Origin: Thermotogota bacterium
GTDB taxonomy: Bacteria > Thermotogota > Thermotogae > Petrotogales > Kosmotogaceae
Reading direction: 5' to 3'
Length of the DNA: 64,000 nucleotides
Assembly: GCA_034660555.1 (NCBI GenBank)
Contig: JAYEJL010000165.1
Coordinates: forward strand, 32,001-96,000
The notes beneath the pieces were generated by a model, which saw only the letters and a list, made by a program, of their open reading frames with translations, ran no database searches and was not told where the DNA came from. The first letter of the stretch is position 1; every line of letters starts with the position of its first letter. Shown one piece after another: positions 9,522 through 20,234 of this stretch. The translations under genes were made by a program, and so were the position numbers.

Positions 9522-10688
9522 GAAAATTAGAGGTATCTTCATTTCATCCTCGGTTAAACCTCCGTGCCTTGCCCTCATAGAATTCTCCTGCCCTGAATAT
9601 TTAAAGCAAAAGGAATAATTATCCCTGGGGATAACCACAATTTCTCCTATACGATCAATATAGTTTACTATTTTTTCTGAACCAAATAGTCCCATTTCTA
9701 TCGCTTCTCCACGTTCGAGAATCAACAGTTTATCGCCCCAACTGTTGGTAAGGATCTCTTTTGTTTTTTTTACGTCGGAGGTGTGAAGGTAACACGCTCT
9801 GTGCTCTCCCGCAGGTAATGAATAAAGATAATCATAAAGTTTGTCCTTCTTAGACCACCAGATTTCTTTTTCCCAAGGCGTCTCTTTTTGACCATGGTCG
9901 GCAATTATGAAGAAGGCTGTGTTGTGCGCAGCTTTTCGCCGAAAGAAATCATCGATCATCCTCAAGATCCAGTAGGCTTCCATTTCATAAGCCTGGCTGC
10001 TCGAACCATATCTATGGCCAAATGTGTCTATTAACCCCCAGTAGGCATAAATAAGACTCTTTGTTTCTTCATTGGATAAAATTCCCTCAATTTCTTCTAT
10101 CATGTCACCAAAACCGTATATGCCTTTTACGTAACCACCCCTGGTATGCATACGGCTTAAACCGGTGTTCACAAAGGATTTGGATGTGATATGATAACCT
10201 TTCACTCCTCCAGCATACAATGTTTCAAATATCGTAGGAACCTCCATAAATTTTAACGGATCCATGCCGATCCTCTGAAGTCCGTCTCTTTCCTGGCCGA
10301 AGGGTGTCAGCTCAATCATATTAGAAAGACCACCGTATTCCTTCAGATAAAGCATATAGCCAAGCATGCCATGCTTTATTGGTGATACACCGGTAAACAA
10401 ACTTGTTAGTGCGCTGGTTGTGGTTGAAGGAAATACAGAGGTCATATTTTTCAGGGATGAAGACATAATATTTGAGAAACCACCCTGTTCATTAATCAAT
10501 TTCTCTACTGTTCGATAACTTAGTGCATCAAGAAGAAAAACAACAATCTTATCTATACCATTAAGGTTGATTCCTTTTGCACCAAAATCCATCGATATCC
10601 CGTTTGGTTTTATTCCGAAATGCTCGACTAAAGCTGAACTGAAGTTAGGAATAGAACCACCATCATAATTAGGCAACAATTCAAACAC
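9510..10688 (-). CDS. Alkaline phosphatase superfamily nucleotide pyrophosphatase/phosphodiesterase
   Basis: LLDAL, SVFPSTT, D..GH..G, ADHG, HGGLT..EM.IP. Confidence 0.87.
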   Translation of the reverse strand: MFELLPNYDGGSIPNFSSALVEHFGIKPNGISMDFGAKGINLNGIDKIVVFLLDALSYRTVEKLINEQGGFSNIMSSSLKNMTSVFPSTTTSALTSLFTGVSPIKHGMLGYMLYLKEYGGLSNMIELTPFGQERDGLQRIGMDPLKFMEVPTIFETLYAGGVKGYHITSKSFVNTGLSRMHTRGGYVKGIYGFGDMIEEIEGILSNEETKSLIYAYWGLIDTFGHRYGSSSQAYEMEAYWILRMIDDFFRRKAAHNTAFFIIADHGQKETPWEKEIWWSKKDKLYDYLYSLPAGEHRACYLHTSDVKKTKEILTNSWGDKLLILERGEAIEMGLFGSEKIVNYIDRIGEIVVIPRDNYSFCFKYSGQENSMRARHGGLTEDEMKIPLIFLRK

Positions 10689-10706
10689 AATTGATCATCC
10701 TTTTCT

Positions 10707-13484
10707 TTAACCTTTTACCGAACCTTTGGTAAGTCCTCCCACAATTTGGTCCTGTAACAACAGGAAGAATGTAAGCATGGGTATTGCACCTATGAGTGCC
10801 GCAGCAGTGAATGGTCCCCAGCTCGCCTCAAATCTTCCCGAAAATTGCTGTAAACCAACAGCATATGTCCACTTATCAATACTCTGCAAGATAATGCTAG
10901 CCATTACAAATTCATTAAAAACATTCATAAACGTCAAAATGGCAATAACCGCCAGTATCGGTCTGGCGAGGGGAAGGACAATTTTCCAGAATGTCTGAAG
11001 CCTGTTGGCTCCGTCTATCAAAGCTGATTCTTCCAGAGAATCCGGTATGGTGTCAAAATATCCCTTTATCAACCATATATTAAAGGCAATATTTCCACAG
11101 TAAATAAAAATCATTCCTGAAATAGTGTCCAGCCCAAGGAAGGGCACATAATTTCCCAAAAATTGCAAAAGTGAATAGATGGCTATCATGAACATTATAG
11201 TAGGAAACATTTGAATGAGCAATAGGAACAATAAACCCTGACCTCTACCAAAAAATCTCATTCTGCTGAATGGGTATGCTGCAAACGCTGCCACGAGAAC
11301 ACTAATTATGGCAACTGAAAGAGCAATAACTATAGAATTAAACAACCATCTCATGAAATAGAAGTAAGTACTTTCTTTCCTGGTCCATATCTGACTGATT
11401 TTGAAAATTGATCTGTCAACCTCTCTAAGTTCACCAATATATTCTCCTGAGTAGGCTGTTGAAAAATCGATCATATCGCCAATCAATCTCTGTGCTCTTT
11501 TATAACTTGCATTGAAGTTCTGAAATTCTCTATTGAAAAGCTTTGTCATTTCGTCAAAAACAGAAATATCAACCGAAGCACCCAGAAATCTTAATTCAAC
11601 GTAGTTGAGTATTTTTCCGTCAAGATCTTGCTTCATGCTGCGCATTTTGTCAATAACAGACCTAATAACAGATGTTGCTTGATTAATCTCTTCATCTGCA
11701 TCAACAAAATCACTATACCATGTGTATGATCTGTATCTTATATTTGACTTTATTTGAAAGTATTTTTTCATTGTTTTGCTTACTGTGTTGTAATAATTTT
11801 CAGCTTCATCAATGGTTTCAATATTTTCTTGAGCAAAATCCTTCAAATAATTCAATTCTGCAATTTCGATATTGTTGCTTAAACGGTTCAGGGCGTCCTC
11901 ATAGGATGGTTTTGTTTCAGCAACAACGGATTCAAGCTTTTCTTTCTCATCCAATAAACTGGAAAGCTCTTTGTTCTTATCTTTACGTTCGGCAGTTAAA
12001 TCAGCATATTGATTAACATATTCGGTAAGATCACCTTTAACCCTGGAAATATTTGAATAACTTACTTCAAGAATACCTATAACATTTTCAACATCTGGAT
12101 TGTCCTGATTGACAACTATCAATTCTTTTCTTTCAACAAACCAGTTCAGTATATTTATTGCTTCTTCAATATGTGTATAAACATCAAGGGATTCCTCAGT
12201 GTTCGATAATTTGTTTTTAAGAGGTATCAATTCTTCAACCAGGGTTTCCATGTTTCCAAGAACCCTTACTGGAAAAGCTCTATCTGCTTCCTGCTTAACT
12301 TTATCGGACGCTAAGAATGTTTTCAGGGTTTCTCTGGCTTTATCCATTTTGGTAGTTTCTGGAACAAGCACCAAACCGGCAACATTCAAAGATTCCTTTA
12401 TTTCGGGAATCGCTTCATTAAGGTTTTCCAATTTGCTATTTATTTGAGCGATTTTATTCTCAATTGTTTCTAATCTGCTTTGAGCATCAATATATTCGCT
12501 ATATTCGAACTCCGATAAAGCATTACTCATAACTTCTTCTGTTTTTTCAATAAGATTATTATGAAGTTCCTGCATTTTTTCCCATGTTGCCTTTGCTGAT
12601 TTAAATGTATCGTATAGCTGATCCTTTTTATTTGTTATTGTTTTAGCTTTTTCCTGTTCAAGAACATCTCCGATATTTTTTAAATTCCGGTTTATTACCT
12701 TAAGCCAGTGTTCACTTCTCCATTGAGAATATGAAATATTTTCTTGTGAAATATATTCTGACACTTTGTTCAGCGAATTAATGACATCATCTTTTCCATC
12801 AAATTCATAGTCAGCCAGCAGATTGATTAATTCATTACTGATATCCAGAACAGCGTTATATTGATTTTTGTAGTTTTCTATCGTTTTTAGGATTTCTCCC
12901 GCAGGTTCAATATCAGTCTGCTCAATAAAAGCTCGATAACCCTTCCCTACAGAAAATTCTTCATTGCTAATAACATTGAGTAATGCCGCCTGATATAAAT
13001 CCGAGTCTTTTTTATTTTGAAGTTCATCAAGTCGTTCATCTATGATTTCAATATCCTGATGTCTAATATCGTTCATTCCTGAAATTATCTCACTGATTTT
13101 TCGTTTTACTGACTCATTGATTGCTTCAAATTTCATTTCTATACTATCAACCATTGCTATAGAGTCATCAATGTAATTATCAAACATCCTTGAAAGATCT
13201 GTTATTTCATTCTTGACTTTTTTCTCTTCTGCTTTCCTATAGTCGCCCAGCCCGTGTACTGCCTGTTGCATGGACAAAATAACCCTGGATATACTTTTTT
13301 TTGGGAACAAGAGGTTTTGATAATGCTGTAAAGTAACCCTGGTAGAAAACAGCTTTGGGGAAAAGGCTGCTTCATCTCTTCTGATGGAAGTGCTAACAAC
13401 CCATACCATAGGGAATAGCACAATGGCCAGAACAATAATCAGTATCAAGTGTCTTAACCAGTAACGTTTTTTCTCTATGGCCAT
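10707..13484 (-). CDS. malG: Maltose/maltodextrin ABC permease MalG with ~650-aa extracytoplasmic insertion
   Basis: One N-terminal TM helix, then long helical insert, then MalG core (WLFNS, AAYPFSR.RF.GR, IKGYFDTIP.SLEESA.IDGA, GLT.GSVKG). Confidence 0.92.
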   Translation of the reverse strand: MAIEKKRYWLRHLILIIVLAIVLFPMVWVVSTSIRRDEAAFSPKLFSTRVTLQHYQNLLFPKKSISRVILSMQQAVHGLGDYRKAEEKKVKNEITDLSRMFDNYIDDSIAMVDSIEMKFEAINESVKRKISEIISGMNDIRHQDIEIIDERLDELQNKKDSDLYQAALLNVISNEEFSVGKGYRAFIEQTDIEPAGEILKTIENYKNQYNAVLDISNELINLLADYEFDGKDDVINSLNKVSEYISQENISYSQWRSEHWLKVINRNLKNIGDVLEQEKAKTITNKKDQLYDTFKSAKATWEKMQELHNNLIEKTEEVMSNALSEFEYSEYIDAQSRLETIENKIAQINSKLENLNEAIPEIKESLNVAGLVLVPETTKMDKARETLKTFLASDKVKQEADRAFPVRVLGNMETLVEELIPLKNKLSNTEESLDVYTHIEEAINILNWFVERKELIVVNQDNPDVENVIGILEVSYSNISRVKGDLTEYVNQYADLTAERKDKNKELSSLLDEKEKLESVVAETKPSYEDALNRLSNNIEIAELNYLKDFAQENIETIDEAENYYNTVSKTMKKYFQIKSNIRYRSYTWYSDFVDADEEINQATSVIRSVIDKMRSMKQDLDGKILNYVELRFLGASVDISVFDEMTKLFNREFQNFNASYKRAQRLIGDMIDFSTAYSGEYIGELREVDRSIFKISQIWTRKESTYFYFMRWLFNSIVIALSVAIISVLVAAFAAYPFSRMRFFGRGQGLLFLLLIQMFPTIMFMIAIYSLLQFLGNYVPFLGLDTISGMIFIYCGNIAFNIWLIKGYFDTIPDSLEESALIDGANRLQTFWKIVLPLARPILAVIAILTFMNVFNEFVMASIILQSIDKWTYAVGLQQFSGRFEASWGPFTAAALIGAIPMLTFFLLLQDQIVGGLTKGSVKG

Positions 13485-15232
13485 TATCTTCTCACCTCTT
13501 CAAAGGCTCCTGAAAATTTGAAGTTCAGCCAACTGAAAACTGCAACGAGACTGAAAATTATTATTGAGATGGCACTTGCAAAACCAAAATCCTGCCCTCT
13601 ACCATAGAAGGCAAGTTTATATGTGTAGGAGATCAAGATGTCCGTTGCTCCTGCTGGAGTAGTACTTCCGGGGATGGCAGGTCCACCTTCGGTGAGTAAA
13701 TATATTCCCACAAAATTGTTGAAATTAAATGCAAAAGTTCCCACTAATAATGGAGCTACAGATACCATCAACAAAGGAAAAGTGATTTTCCAGAATTTTT
13801 GCCAGCGTCTCGCACCATCTATCGAGGCAGCTTCGTAAAGCTCGCCCGGTATGCTTTGAAGAGCTCCTAGCGAGACAGTCATCATATATGGGAAACCCAG
13901 CCAGGTATTTACAGTTAAAACCGAAACTTTTGCCCAGAAAGGATCACTCAACCATCTAATTGGTTCTTCAAACCCTAATAGTCCTTGAAACAAGAAACGA
14001 TTCAATATACCGTAGGTTTCATTGAACATTCCGTTTCTCCATACAAGTACGGAAATGAAGGCTGGTATCGCCCAGGGAATAATCAGAAGCGTTCTGTAGA
14101 TCTTTGTTCCTCTTAACTTCCTGTCATTTAACGCCATCGCCAGGGCCAATCCAATAGTGAAACAGAATACAACACTTAGCCCCGCCCATGTAAATGTCCA
14201 TAAAAATATCTGAAAGAACGGACCCCTTACCCGCGGGTCAGAAATCATTTTTAAGAAATTATCAAAACCAACCCCTGAAATATATCCATCCAGACGTACT
14301 TCTTCCCCGTTTTTTTTGACATCATAGAAATATCCGTTTTTTTCAACCAGATTCCTACCAGTCTGTCTATTATATAATACCTGTTTCTGTTTGGCATAGC
14401 CTGAATCCAGACTGGTTACTGTTTTCATACCATATTGTCTTTCAACTGTTGCGAAATTTCTGTAAAGCGTTTGCGGATTTAATCTCACCTGATAATTCTG
14501 GGGATTAATAAATTCTGCATTTTTCAACCAGTTACTTCTTATTTCACCAAGGAAAAATGCTGCATTGGCTCTCGTTGAAGGATCATTTGAAGAGTAAAAA
14601 TATACATAATTTTCACCAAGTTCGTTGTTTATTGATAAATAATTGCCATCTTTCTTTGAGACAATTATCGTATGATTGACTCCATTAATACTTGCATTAT
14701 TATTGTCCACTCTGAACATTTCTGAACGAGCAAGTGTTATATTTCCCTCACTATCACGTGATATTACATCCGGTTTTGGAGAAATGTGTCTATTTTCTGA
14801 ACTTTCCTCTTCAAACAACATAACAAAATCATTTGTGGGTTTATAGTCTTTAAGTTTGACAAAAACCCAAAAATTATATTCAACGGGATCGTCAGGTACA
14901 TAAAAATATTCATTCAGAAGTTTCTGCACTACTTCCGGTCTAGTAAAAAGATGTCCGGTTCCGTAATTTGTAAACGCTACCTCAAACGTATAATACATTG
15001 GATAGATAGTCAAAACAAAAAGCAAGATTAGCGCAGGTATCATGTATCGATAGGGATAACCTTTCCTACTGAAAGAAACGTAATCAATTAGTAGTGTTAA
15101 AACTACAAGAACTATTGCAAGCCCATAACGAGCGTTTACCCATAAAATAAAAATACCCCAGATAACAAAGGCGTTGTAAATTGCAAGAAAAAACATCGCT
15201 GCAAGATATATGAAAAACTTTTTGCCGGACAC
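13484..15232 (-). CDS. malF: Maltose/maltodextrin ABC permease MalF
   Basis: AFTNY, large P2 loop, LLIIPWAIPAFIS, WLGFPYMM, LYEAA.IDGA, AGATDILISYTY. Confidence 0.93.
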   Translation of the reverse strand: MSGKKFFIYLAAMFFLAIYNAFVIWGIFILWVNARYGLAIVLVVLTLLIDYVSFSRKGYPYRYMIPALILLFVLTIYPMYYTFEVAFTNYGTGHLFTRPEVVQKLLNEYFYVPDDPVEYNFWVFVKLKDYKPTNDFVMLFEEESSENRHISPKPDVISRDSEGNITLARSEMFRVDNNNASINGVNHTIIVSKKDGNYLSINNELGENYVYFYSSNDPSTRANAAFFLGEIRSNWLKNAEFINPQNYQVRLNPQTLYRNFATVERQYGMKTVTSLDSGYAKQKQVLYNRQTGRNLVEKNGYFYDVKKNGEEVRLDGYISGVGFDNFLKMISDPRVRGPFFQIFLWTFTWAGLSVVFCFTIGLALAMALNDRKLRGTKIYRTLLIIPWAIPAFISVLVWRNGMFNETYGILNRFLFQGLLGFEEPIRWLSDPFWAKVSVLTVNTWLGFPYMMTVSLGALQSIPGELYEAASIDGARRWQKFWKITFPLLMVSVAPLLVGTFAFNFNNFVGIYLLTEGGPAIPGSTTPAGATDILISYTYKLAFYGRGQDFGFASAISIIIFSLVAVFSWLNFKFSGAFEEVRR

Positions 15233-15262
15233 CTTTTACAACCTCCAGAGTTAAGGGATAAG

Positions 15263-15292
15263 TAACCGCGGAGCCTCAAGGCTCCGCGGTTA
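15263..15292 (-). terminator. Intercistronic stem-loop between malE and malF
   Basis: Perfect 14-bp inverted repeat TAACCGCGGAGCCT-CA-AGGCTCCGCGGTTA without a U tract; likely mRNA stabiliser/attenuator. Confidence 0.75.
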
Positions 15293-15307
15293 AATTCTCA
15301 AACTAAA

Positions 15308-16498
15308 TTACATTCCAATTGATGTTTTTATCTTTTCTACTGCTGTTTCGAAAGAGTTCTCTACTGTGTCCTTTCCGTTGATAACAAGGCCCAGGGAATC
15401 CTGCATTGCTCCCCAGACAGATGCCATTTCTGGAATGTTGGGCATAGGATTACCTATAGAGGCACTCTTCGAGAATTGCAATATGTCATAAACTTCCTGT
15501 CCACCTGTTTCTCCAATATAAGCAAATACATCTTCTCTAACAGGACCTCTTTTGTCATTTAAGAACAATTCATACTGCGTTTCGAAGGTGCTACAATAAC
15601 TTGCAACAAATTCCATGGCTTCCAGCTTGTTGCTTGACCTTGAGTTAACCATAAATGCCTGAACACCAACAAATGGTATTGGATTCTTTCCATTGGATAG
15701 CGTGATTTCGCTAAACGGAAGAATATCGTAGTCGATGCCTGCTTCCTGATAACCAGATGTTGACCATGGACCGTTTACTATAAATGCAGCAAGTCCATCT
15801 CTGAACAGAGAATCCATTAATGAATAATTGGCTCCCTGCGGTATTAAACCATTATCAAACCAGCTCTTTATGAGCTTTCCGCCTTTAATGGCTCCTTGGT
15901 TAGCAAGTCCGATATCTGCAACATCGTAACCTTGATCGGTAAGATTAAATATGTAGCCACCGAATCCTGAAATAAATGGGTATGAGAAATAGAAATCAGT
16001 TGCCGGGTAAATGAATCCAACTACTTCATCATCAGCAACTTCTGCACCGATTGTTTCCAGTTCTTCAATTGTTTCAGGTACTTCATCAACGAGATCTTTG
16101 TTGTACAAAATTGCCAGAGCTTCTATTGCGTACGGTACACCATACAATTTTCCTTTGTAAGAAAATGCGTTAAGTGCTGATTCATAAAACTGGCCTTTTT
16201 CTGGTAGGAAAGGAATAGGTTCTATAAGACCGTTCTCAACCAGTTCACCGACCCAGTCATGTGCACCCACTATTACGTCTGATCCTTCGCCAGCTGGTGC
16301 AGCGGTGAGGAATTTTGATTTGATGTCACCAAAGTTCACCTGTTCAATCTTCACTTCGATGCCGTAATTTTTCTCAAAGTCAGCCCCGATTTTTTGCAGA
16401 ACAGGCACCTGAACCTCAGACGTCCAAATTGTAACAGCAGCATTAAGCGTGCTCACTAGTGCAAATGCAACAAATAAAAATACCACTAATTTTCTCAT
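15308..16498 (-). CDS. malE: Maltose/maltodextrin ABC substrate-binding protein
   Basis: Signal peptide, G.HDW.G.L, YNKDL, NGPW, PFVGVQ, MPNIPEM..VW. Confidence 0.92.
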   Translation of the reverse strand: MRKLVVFLFVAFALVSTLNAAVTIWTSEVQVPVLQKIGADFEKNYGIEVKIEQVNFGDIKSKFLTAAPAGEGSDVIVGAHDWVGELVENGLIEPIPFLPEKGQFYESALNAFSYKGKLYGVPYAIEALAILYNKDLVDEVPETIEELETIGAEVADDEVVGFIYPATDFYFSYPFISGFGGYIFNLTDQGYDVADIGLANQGAIKGGKLIKSWFDNGLIPQGANYSLMDSLFRDGLAAFIVNGPWSTSGYQEAGIDYDILPFSEITLSNGKNPIPFVGVQAFMVNSRSSNKLEAMEFVASYCSTFETQYELFLNDKRGPVREDVFAYIGETGGQEVYDILQFSKSASIGNPMPNIPEMASVWGAMQDSLGLVINGKDTVENSFETAVEKIKTSIGM

Positions 16499-16668
16499 TT
16501 GACCACTCTCCCTTTTGAAAAATGTGTATTTACGTACATATTATAATTTTAACATTTTTAACATGGATTTTTTTATAAAAAGAGATTCTTATTAATCGTG
16601 TGTAGAAACCTTCAGTGTTGTTGAAACGCAACTATTCGTCAATAGCTTTTGTTTATTCCTTCATGCTT

Positions 16669-18066
16669 TTAAATTGGATATACTGCTACCTTGTCTGAAT
16701 ATGCATCCGCTATTTTCATGTCGATCTTAAGGTTCTTTTCATATTCATTTAACAGATAAGCTCTCCCCGTATCTCCTAACAATATGTAGATTAGAAGTTC
16801 TTCATTATTATTCGCTAGCAAACCAATCTTTTCTTTTGCACTATCCACTTCTGGCTCAAGATAGTCCGCAGGTTTATACTCCAATGGCTCTTCGTTTTTC
16901 ATTACAACCTTTTTTAAGTCTTCAGAAATGTCACCAGGTGGTTTTCCATATAAACCTTTGATATAATTTTTGGTCTCATTGGTAATTATCTTATATCTCT
17001 CTCCTGAAAGTACATTTACAACTGATTGCACTCCAACTATCTGAGAACTCGGTGTCACAAGAGGTGGATATCCTAGGTCTTTTCTTACTTCTGGAATCTC
17101 TTGCAACACATCTTCCAATTTATGTAGAGCTTTCTGTTCTCTTAGCTGATTGATTAAATTGGATATCATACCACCAGGAATCTGATTTATCAGGATTTCG
17201 GGGTTCACGGTTTTCATACCAATATCTGTATTTCTATGTTGTTCTCGAATTTTACTAAAATAGTCTCTAACAATCTTAAGCTTTTTCAAATCTGGTTCTT
17301 CAGCATACCCCAGTTTATTCATTGCTATCCACAAACTCTCAGCAGGAGGCTGAGAGGTACCTGATGCAAGGGAAGAAATCGCAGTATCTATTAGATCCGC
17401 TCCCGCCTCTACAGATTTCATATAGGTAAGGTCTGCCAGTCCTGAAGTGGAATGAGAATGAACATCAACAGGTAACGACGTTTCTTCCTTTATTATTGAA
17501 ATGAGTTCATATGCAATATCAGGAGTTAACAATCCAGCCATATCTTTTATACACAGTGAATCTGCATCAAGTTTTTCAGCAGATCTTGCATAATCTACAA
17601 AAAGCTCAACATTGTGCACCGGGCTGACTGTGTAAGCGACGGCTATTTGAAGGTGCATATTATTCTTTTTTATTTCTTCACATGACTTTTTAATATTTCT
17701 GAAGTCATTAAGTGCATCAAATACTCTCACTCTATCCATTCCATGTTTGGCCATTGTCTTTATAAACAATTTGACAACATCATCAGCGTAATGGCGGTAA
17801 CCGACTAAATTTTGTCCTCTTAACAGCATTTGCATTTCAGTATTCTTAAAGCGCTTTCTTAATTTGTCTATACGTTCCCAGGGATTTTCTTTCAGATACC
17901 TTACGCAGGCATCAAAGGTCGCCCCACCCCACATTTCCACAGCATCATAACCAATCTGATCCACAACATCGGCAATTCTTACAAGTTCATCCGTTGAAAC
18001 CCGTGTTGCGAGTAAAGACTGATGGGCATCCCTGAACGTTGTGTCAACAAAACCAACATCACTCAT
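16669..18066 (-). CDS. Pyruvate carboxylase subunit B / oxaloacetate decarboxylase alpha (carboxyltransferase only, no biotinyl domain)
   Basis: RDAHQSL, WGGATFD, LLRGQNLVGYRHY, IKDMAG, H.H, YPPLVTPSSQIVG; no EAMKM. Confidence 0.9.
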   Translation of the reverse strand: MSDVGFVDTTFRDAHQSLLATRVSTDELVRIADVVDQIGYDAVEMWGGATFDACVRYLKENPWERIDKLRKRFKNTEMQMLLRGQNLVGYRHYADDVVKLFIKTMAKHGMDRVRVFDALNDFRNIKKSCEEIKKNNMHLQIAVAYTVSPVHNVELFVDYARSAEKLDADSLCIKDMAGLLTPDIAYELISIIKEETSLPVDVHSHSTSGLADLTYMKSVEAGADLIDTAISSLASGTSQPPAESLWIAMNKLGYAEEPDLKKLKIVRDYFSKIREQHRNTDIGMKTVNPEILINQIPGGMISNLINQLREQKALHKLEDVLQEIPEVRKDLGYPPLVTPSSQIVGVQSVVNVLSGERYKIITNETKNYIKGLYGKPPGDISEDLKKVVMKNEEPLEYKPADYLEPEVDSAKEKIGLLANNNEELLIYILLGDTGRAYLLNEYEKNLKIDMKIADAYSDKVAVYPI

Positions 18067-18118
18067 GTAACAATCCTCCTCTCTGTTGTAAAATTATATT
18101 ACAAACCAGGGAGGGATT

Positions 18119-19999
18119 ATGTTGAATAGTAATTACAAATATGATGTTGTTGTAATAGGATCAGGACATGCTGGTATCGAAGCAGCACTCGCTCCGGCAC
18201 ACATGGGAGCAAAAACATTGTTACTTTCCATCAACCTTGATACCGTTGGTTGGGCTCCATGCAATCCTGCTATTGGAGGTCCTGCAAAAGGTGTTGTTGT
18301 TAGAGAAATAGATTCTCTTGGTGGACAAATGGCAAAAACTACCGACAAAACTTCCATTAATATTCGAATGCTGAATACAAAAAAGGGCCCTGCAGTAAGA
18401 GCGTTGCGTTCGCAGATAGATAAATTGAATTACAGCCAGGAGATGAAACATGTACTTGAGCAGCAGGAGAATCTCGATATAAAGAGCGCCATTGCTACTG
18501 AGATACAGACAGAAAATGGAAAGGTCTCAGGAGTTATGACACATTTTAAAGGAAATTTCTCCTGCAACGCTGTAATTGTTGCCACGGGCACATTCCTTGG
18601 AGGCCGCATATTTATTGGTCAGGATTATTTCGAAGCTGGAAGGTTGGGGGAATTTCCTTCCAAAAAGCTCAGCAAGTCACTTAAAGATCTGGGATTTGTA
18701 GTAAGGCGTTTTAAAACGGGAACCCCTGCCAGAATTCATGGCGATTCAGTTGATTTTGAAAAGATGGACAGGCAGGACACATCAGAAGAGCCACTCGCTT
18801 TTTCATTTTTCTCCGAACCCTATATACTGGATAAAGATTACCCATGCTGGTTAACGTATACAAACAGCAAAACTCATTCCATCATTAGAAGAGATATTAG
18901 CTTTTCTCCACTGTATGGCGATATAAAGCTAATACATTCAAAAGGACCAAGATATTGTCCTTCCATCGAAGATAAGGTTATGAAATTTTCTTCTAAGGAC
19001 AGCCATCAACTTTTTATTGAACCTGAGGGAAAGTCAACCAGAGAGTTTTATCTTAATGGTTTATCCACGAGTCTCCCCCTTGAAACCCAAAATGAAATGA
19101 TACATACAATTGAAGGGCTGGAAAATGCAAAAATAATCAGACCTGCATATGCCGTAGAATATGATTATATTGAGCCAAATCAATTGTATCCAACCCTGGA
19201 ATCAAAAATTGTAGAAAATCTCTATTTTGCAGGTCAGGTAAATGGCACAAGTGGTTATGAGGAAGCAGCAGGTCAGGGGCTAATTGCTGGTATAAACGCG
19301 GTAGCAAAGATTCGGGGAGATGAACCTCTTGTATTGAAAAGATCGGAATCATATATTGGAGTGATGATAGATGATTTGGTTACAAAAGGCGTTGATGAAC
19401 CATATCGTTTATTAACTTCAAGGGCAGAATACAGATTGTTACTCAGACACGATAATGCACATCTGAGATTGACACAATATGGCTATAAGTATGGTTTAAT
19501 ACCCAAATGGTTCAACGAAAAGGTTCTAACATTAAATAAAACTGTTGAAAAGGAAATTGAAAGATTGAACGAGGTCGTTGTAAAACCATCAAACAAATTA
19601 AACAATGAATTACTTAAAATAGGATCATCTGCTATATATCAATCAACACGAATGATCCAGCTACTTAAAAGGCCTGAAGTAGACTATTCTTTACTATCAC
19701 AATTCGATCCTGATCCCATTACAGATTACAATATCAAAGAACAGATAGAAACAGTCGTGAAATATCAGGGTTATATCAATCGTCTAGAGAGGGAAGTAAG
19801 CCAATTTGAGCGTCTGGAACACGAAAGAATTCCGATAGATATCAACTACGACGAAGTACCAAATTTATCTACCGAAGCCAGAGACAAACTAAAAAGATTG
19901 AAGCCCAGGTCCATTGGTCAGGCAACAAGAATACCGGGCATTACACCCTCTGACATTATGAATCTTTCCGCATATTTAAAATCTAAAAACTACGACTGA
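18119..19999 (+). CDS. mnmG: tRNA uridine-5-carboxymethylaminomethyl modification enzyme (GidA)
   Basis: [48 protein letters not shown]. Confidence 0.98.
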   Translation: MLNSNYKYDVVVIGSGHAGIEAALAPAHMGAKTLLLSINLDTVGWAPCNPAIGGPAKGVVVREIDSLGGQMAKTTDKTSINIRMLNTKKGPAVRALRSQIDKLNYSQEMKHVLEQQENLDIKSAIATEIQTENGKVSGVMTHFKGNFSCNAVIVATGTFLGGRIFIGQDYFEAGRLGEFPSKKLSKSLKDLGFVVRRFKTGTPARIHGDSVDFEKMDRQDTSEEPLAFSFFSEPYILDKDYPCWLTYTNSKTHSIIRRDISFSPLYGDIKLIHSKGPRYCPSIEDKVMKFSSKDSHQLFIEPEGKSTREFYLNGLSTSLPLETQNEMIHTIEGLENAKIIRPAYAVEYDYIEPNQLYPTLESKIVENLYFAGQVNGTSGYEEAAGQGLIAGINAVAKIRGDEPLVLKRSESYIGVMIDDLVTKGVDEPYRLLTSRAEYRLLLRHDNAHLRLTQYGYKYGLIPKWFNEKVLTLNKTVEKEIERLNEVVVKPSNKLNNELLKIGSSAIYQSTRMIQLLKRPEVDYSLLSQFDPDPITDYNIKEQIETVVKYQGYINRLEREVSQFERLEHERIPIDINYDEVPNLSTEARDKLKRLKPRSIGQATRIPGITPSDIMNLSAYLKSKNYD

Positions 20000-20025
20000 C
20001 AGCTATTATTGAATGTTTTTCATTG

Positions 20026-20054
20026 TTGACAGAGGATATCATGCGTATTATAAT
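20026..20054 (+). promoter_or_regulatory. Consensus sigma70 promoter for tRNA
   Basis: TTGACA-N17-TATAAT. Confidence 0.9.
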
Positions 20055-20065
20055 CATTTAATGTC

Positions 20066-20143
20066 GGGCTCGTAGCTCAGTTTGGTTAGAGCTTCCGGCT
20101 CATAACCGGGCGGTCGGTGGTTCGAATCCACCCGAGCCCACCA
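20066..20143 (+). tRNA. tRNA with CAT anticodon, probably tRNA-Ile2 (lysidine)
   Basis: Acceptor GGGCTCG/CGAGCCC, anticodon arm CCGG-CTCATAA-CCGG, TTCGAAT, CCA; paired G1-C72 excludes initiator; GGGC start is Ile-like (Ile2 vs elongator Met is inference). Confidence 0.9.
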
Positions 20144-20166
20144 AAGCGGCGAAAGCCGCTTTTTTT
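20143..20166 (+). terminator. Rho-independent terminator
   Basis: AAAGCGGC-GAAA-GCCGCTTT plus T run. Confidence 0.9.
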
Positions 20167-20234
20167 AATGAATTTGTTCTGCTAAAATGATACAGTTAAC
20201 CTATGAAAGTAATAATATTTTGGAGTGTGAACAG

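Noticed and set aside
20167..20234. preQ1 riboswitch upstream of the queuosine-precursor transporter
   Set aside because: No stem-loop plus A-rich tail matching the preQ1-I pattern in the short AT-rich leader
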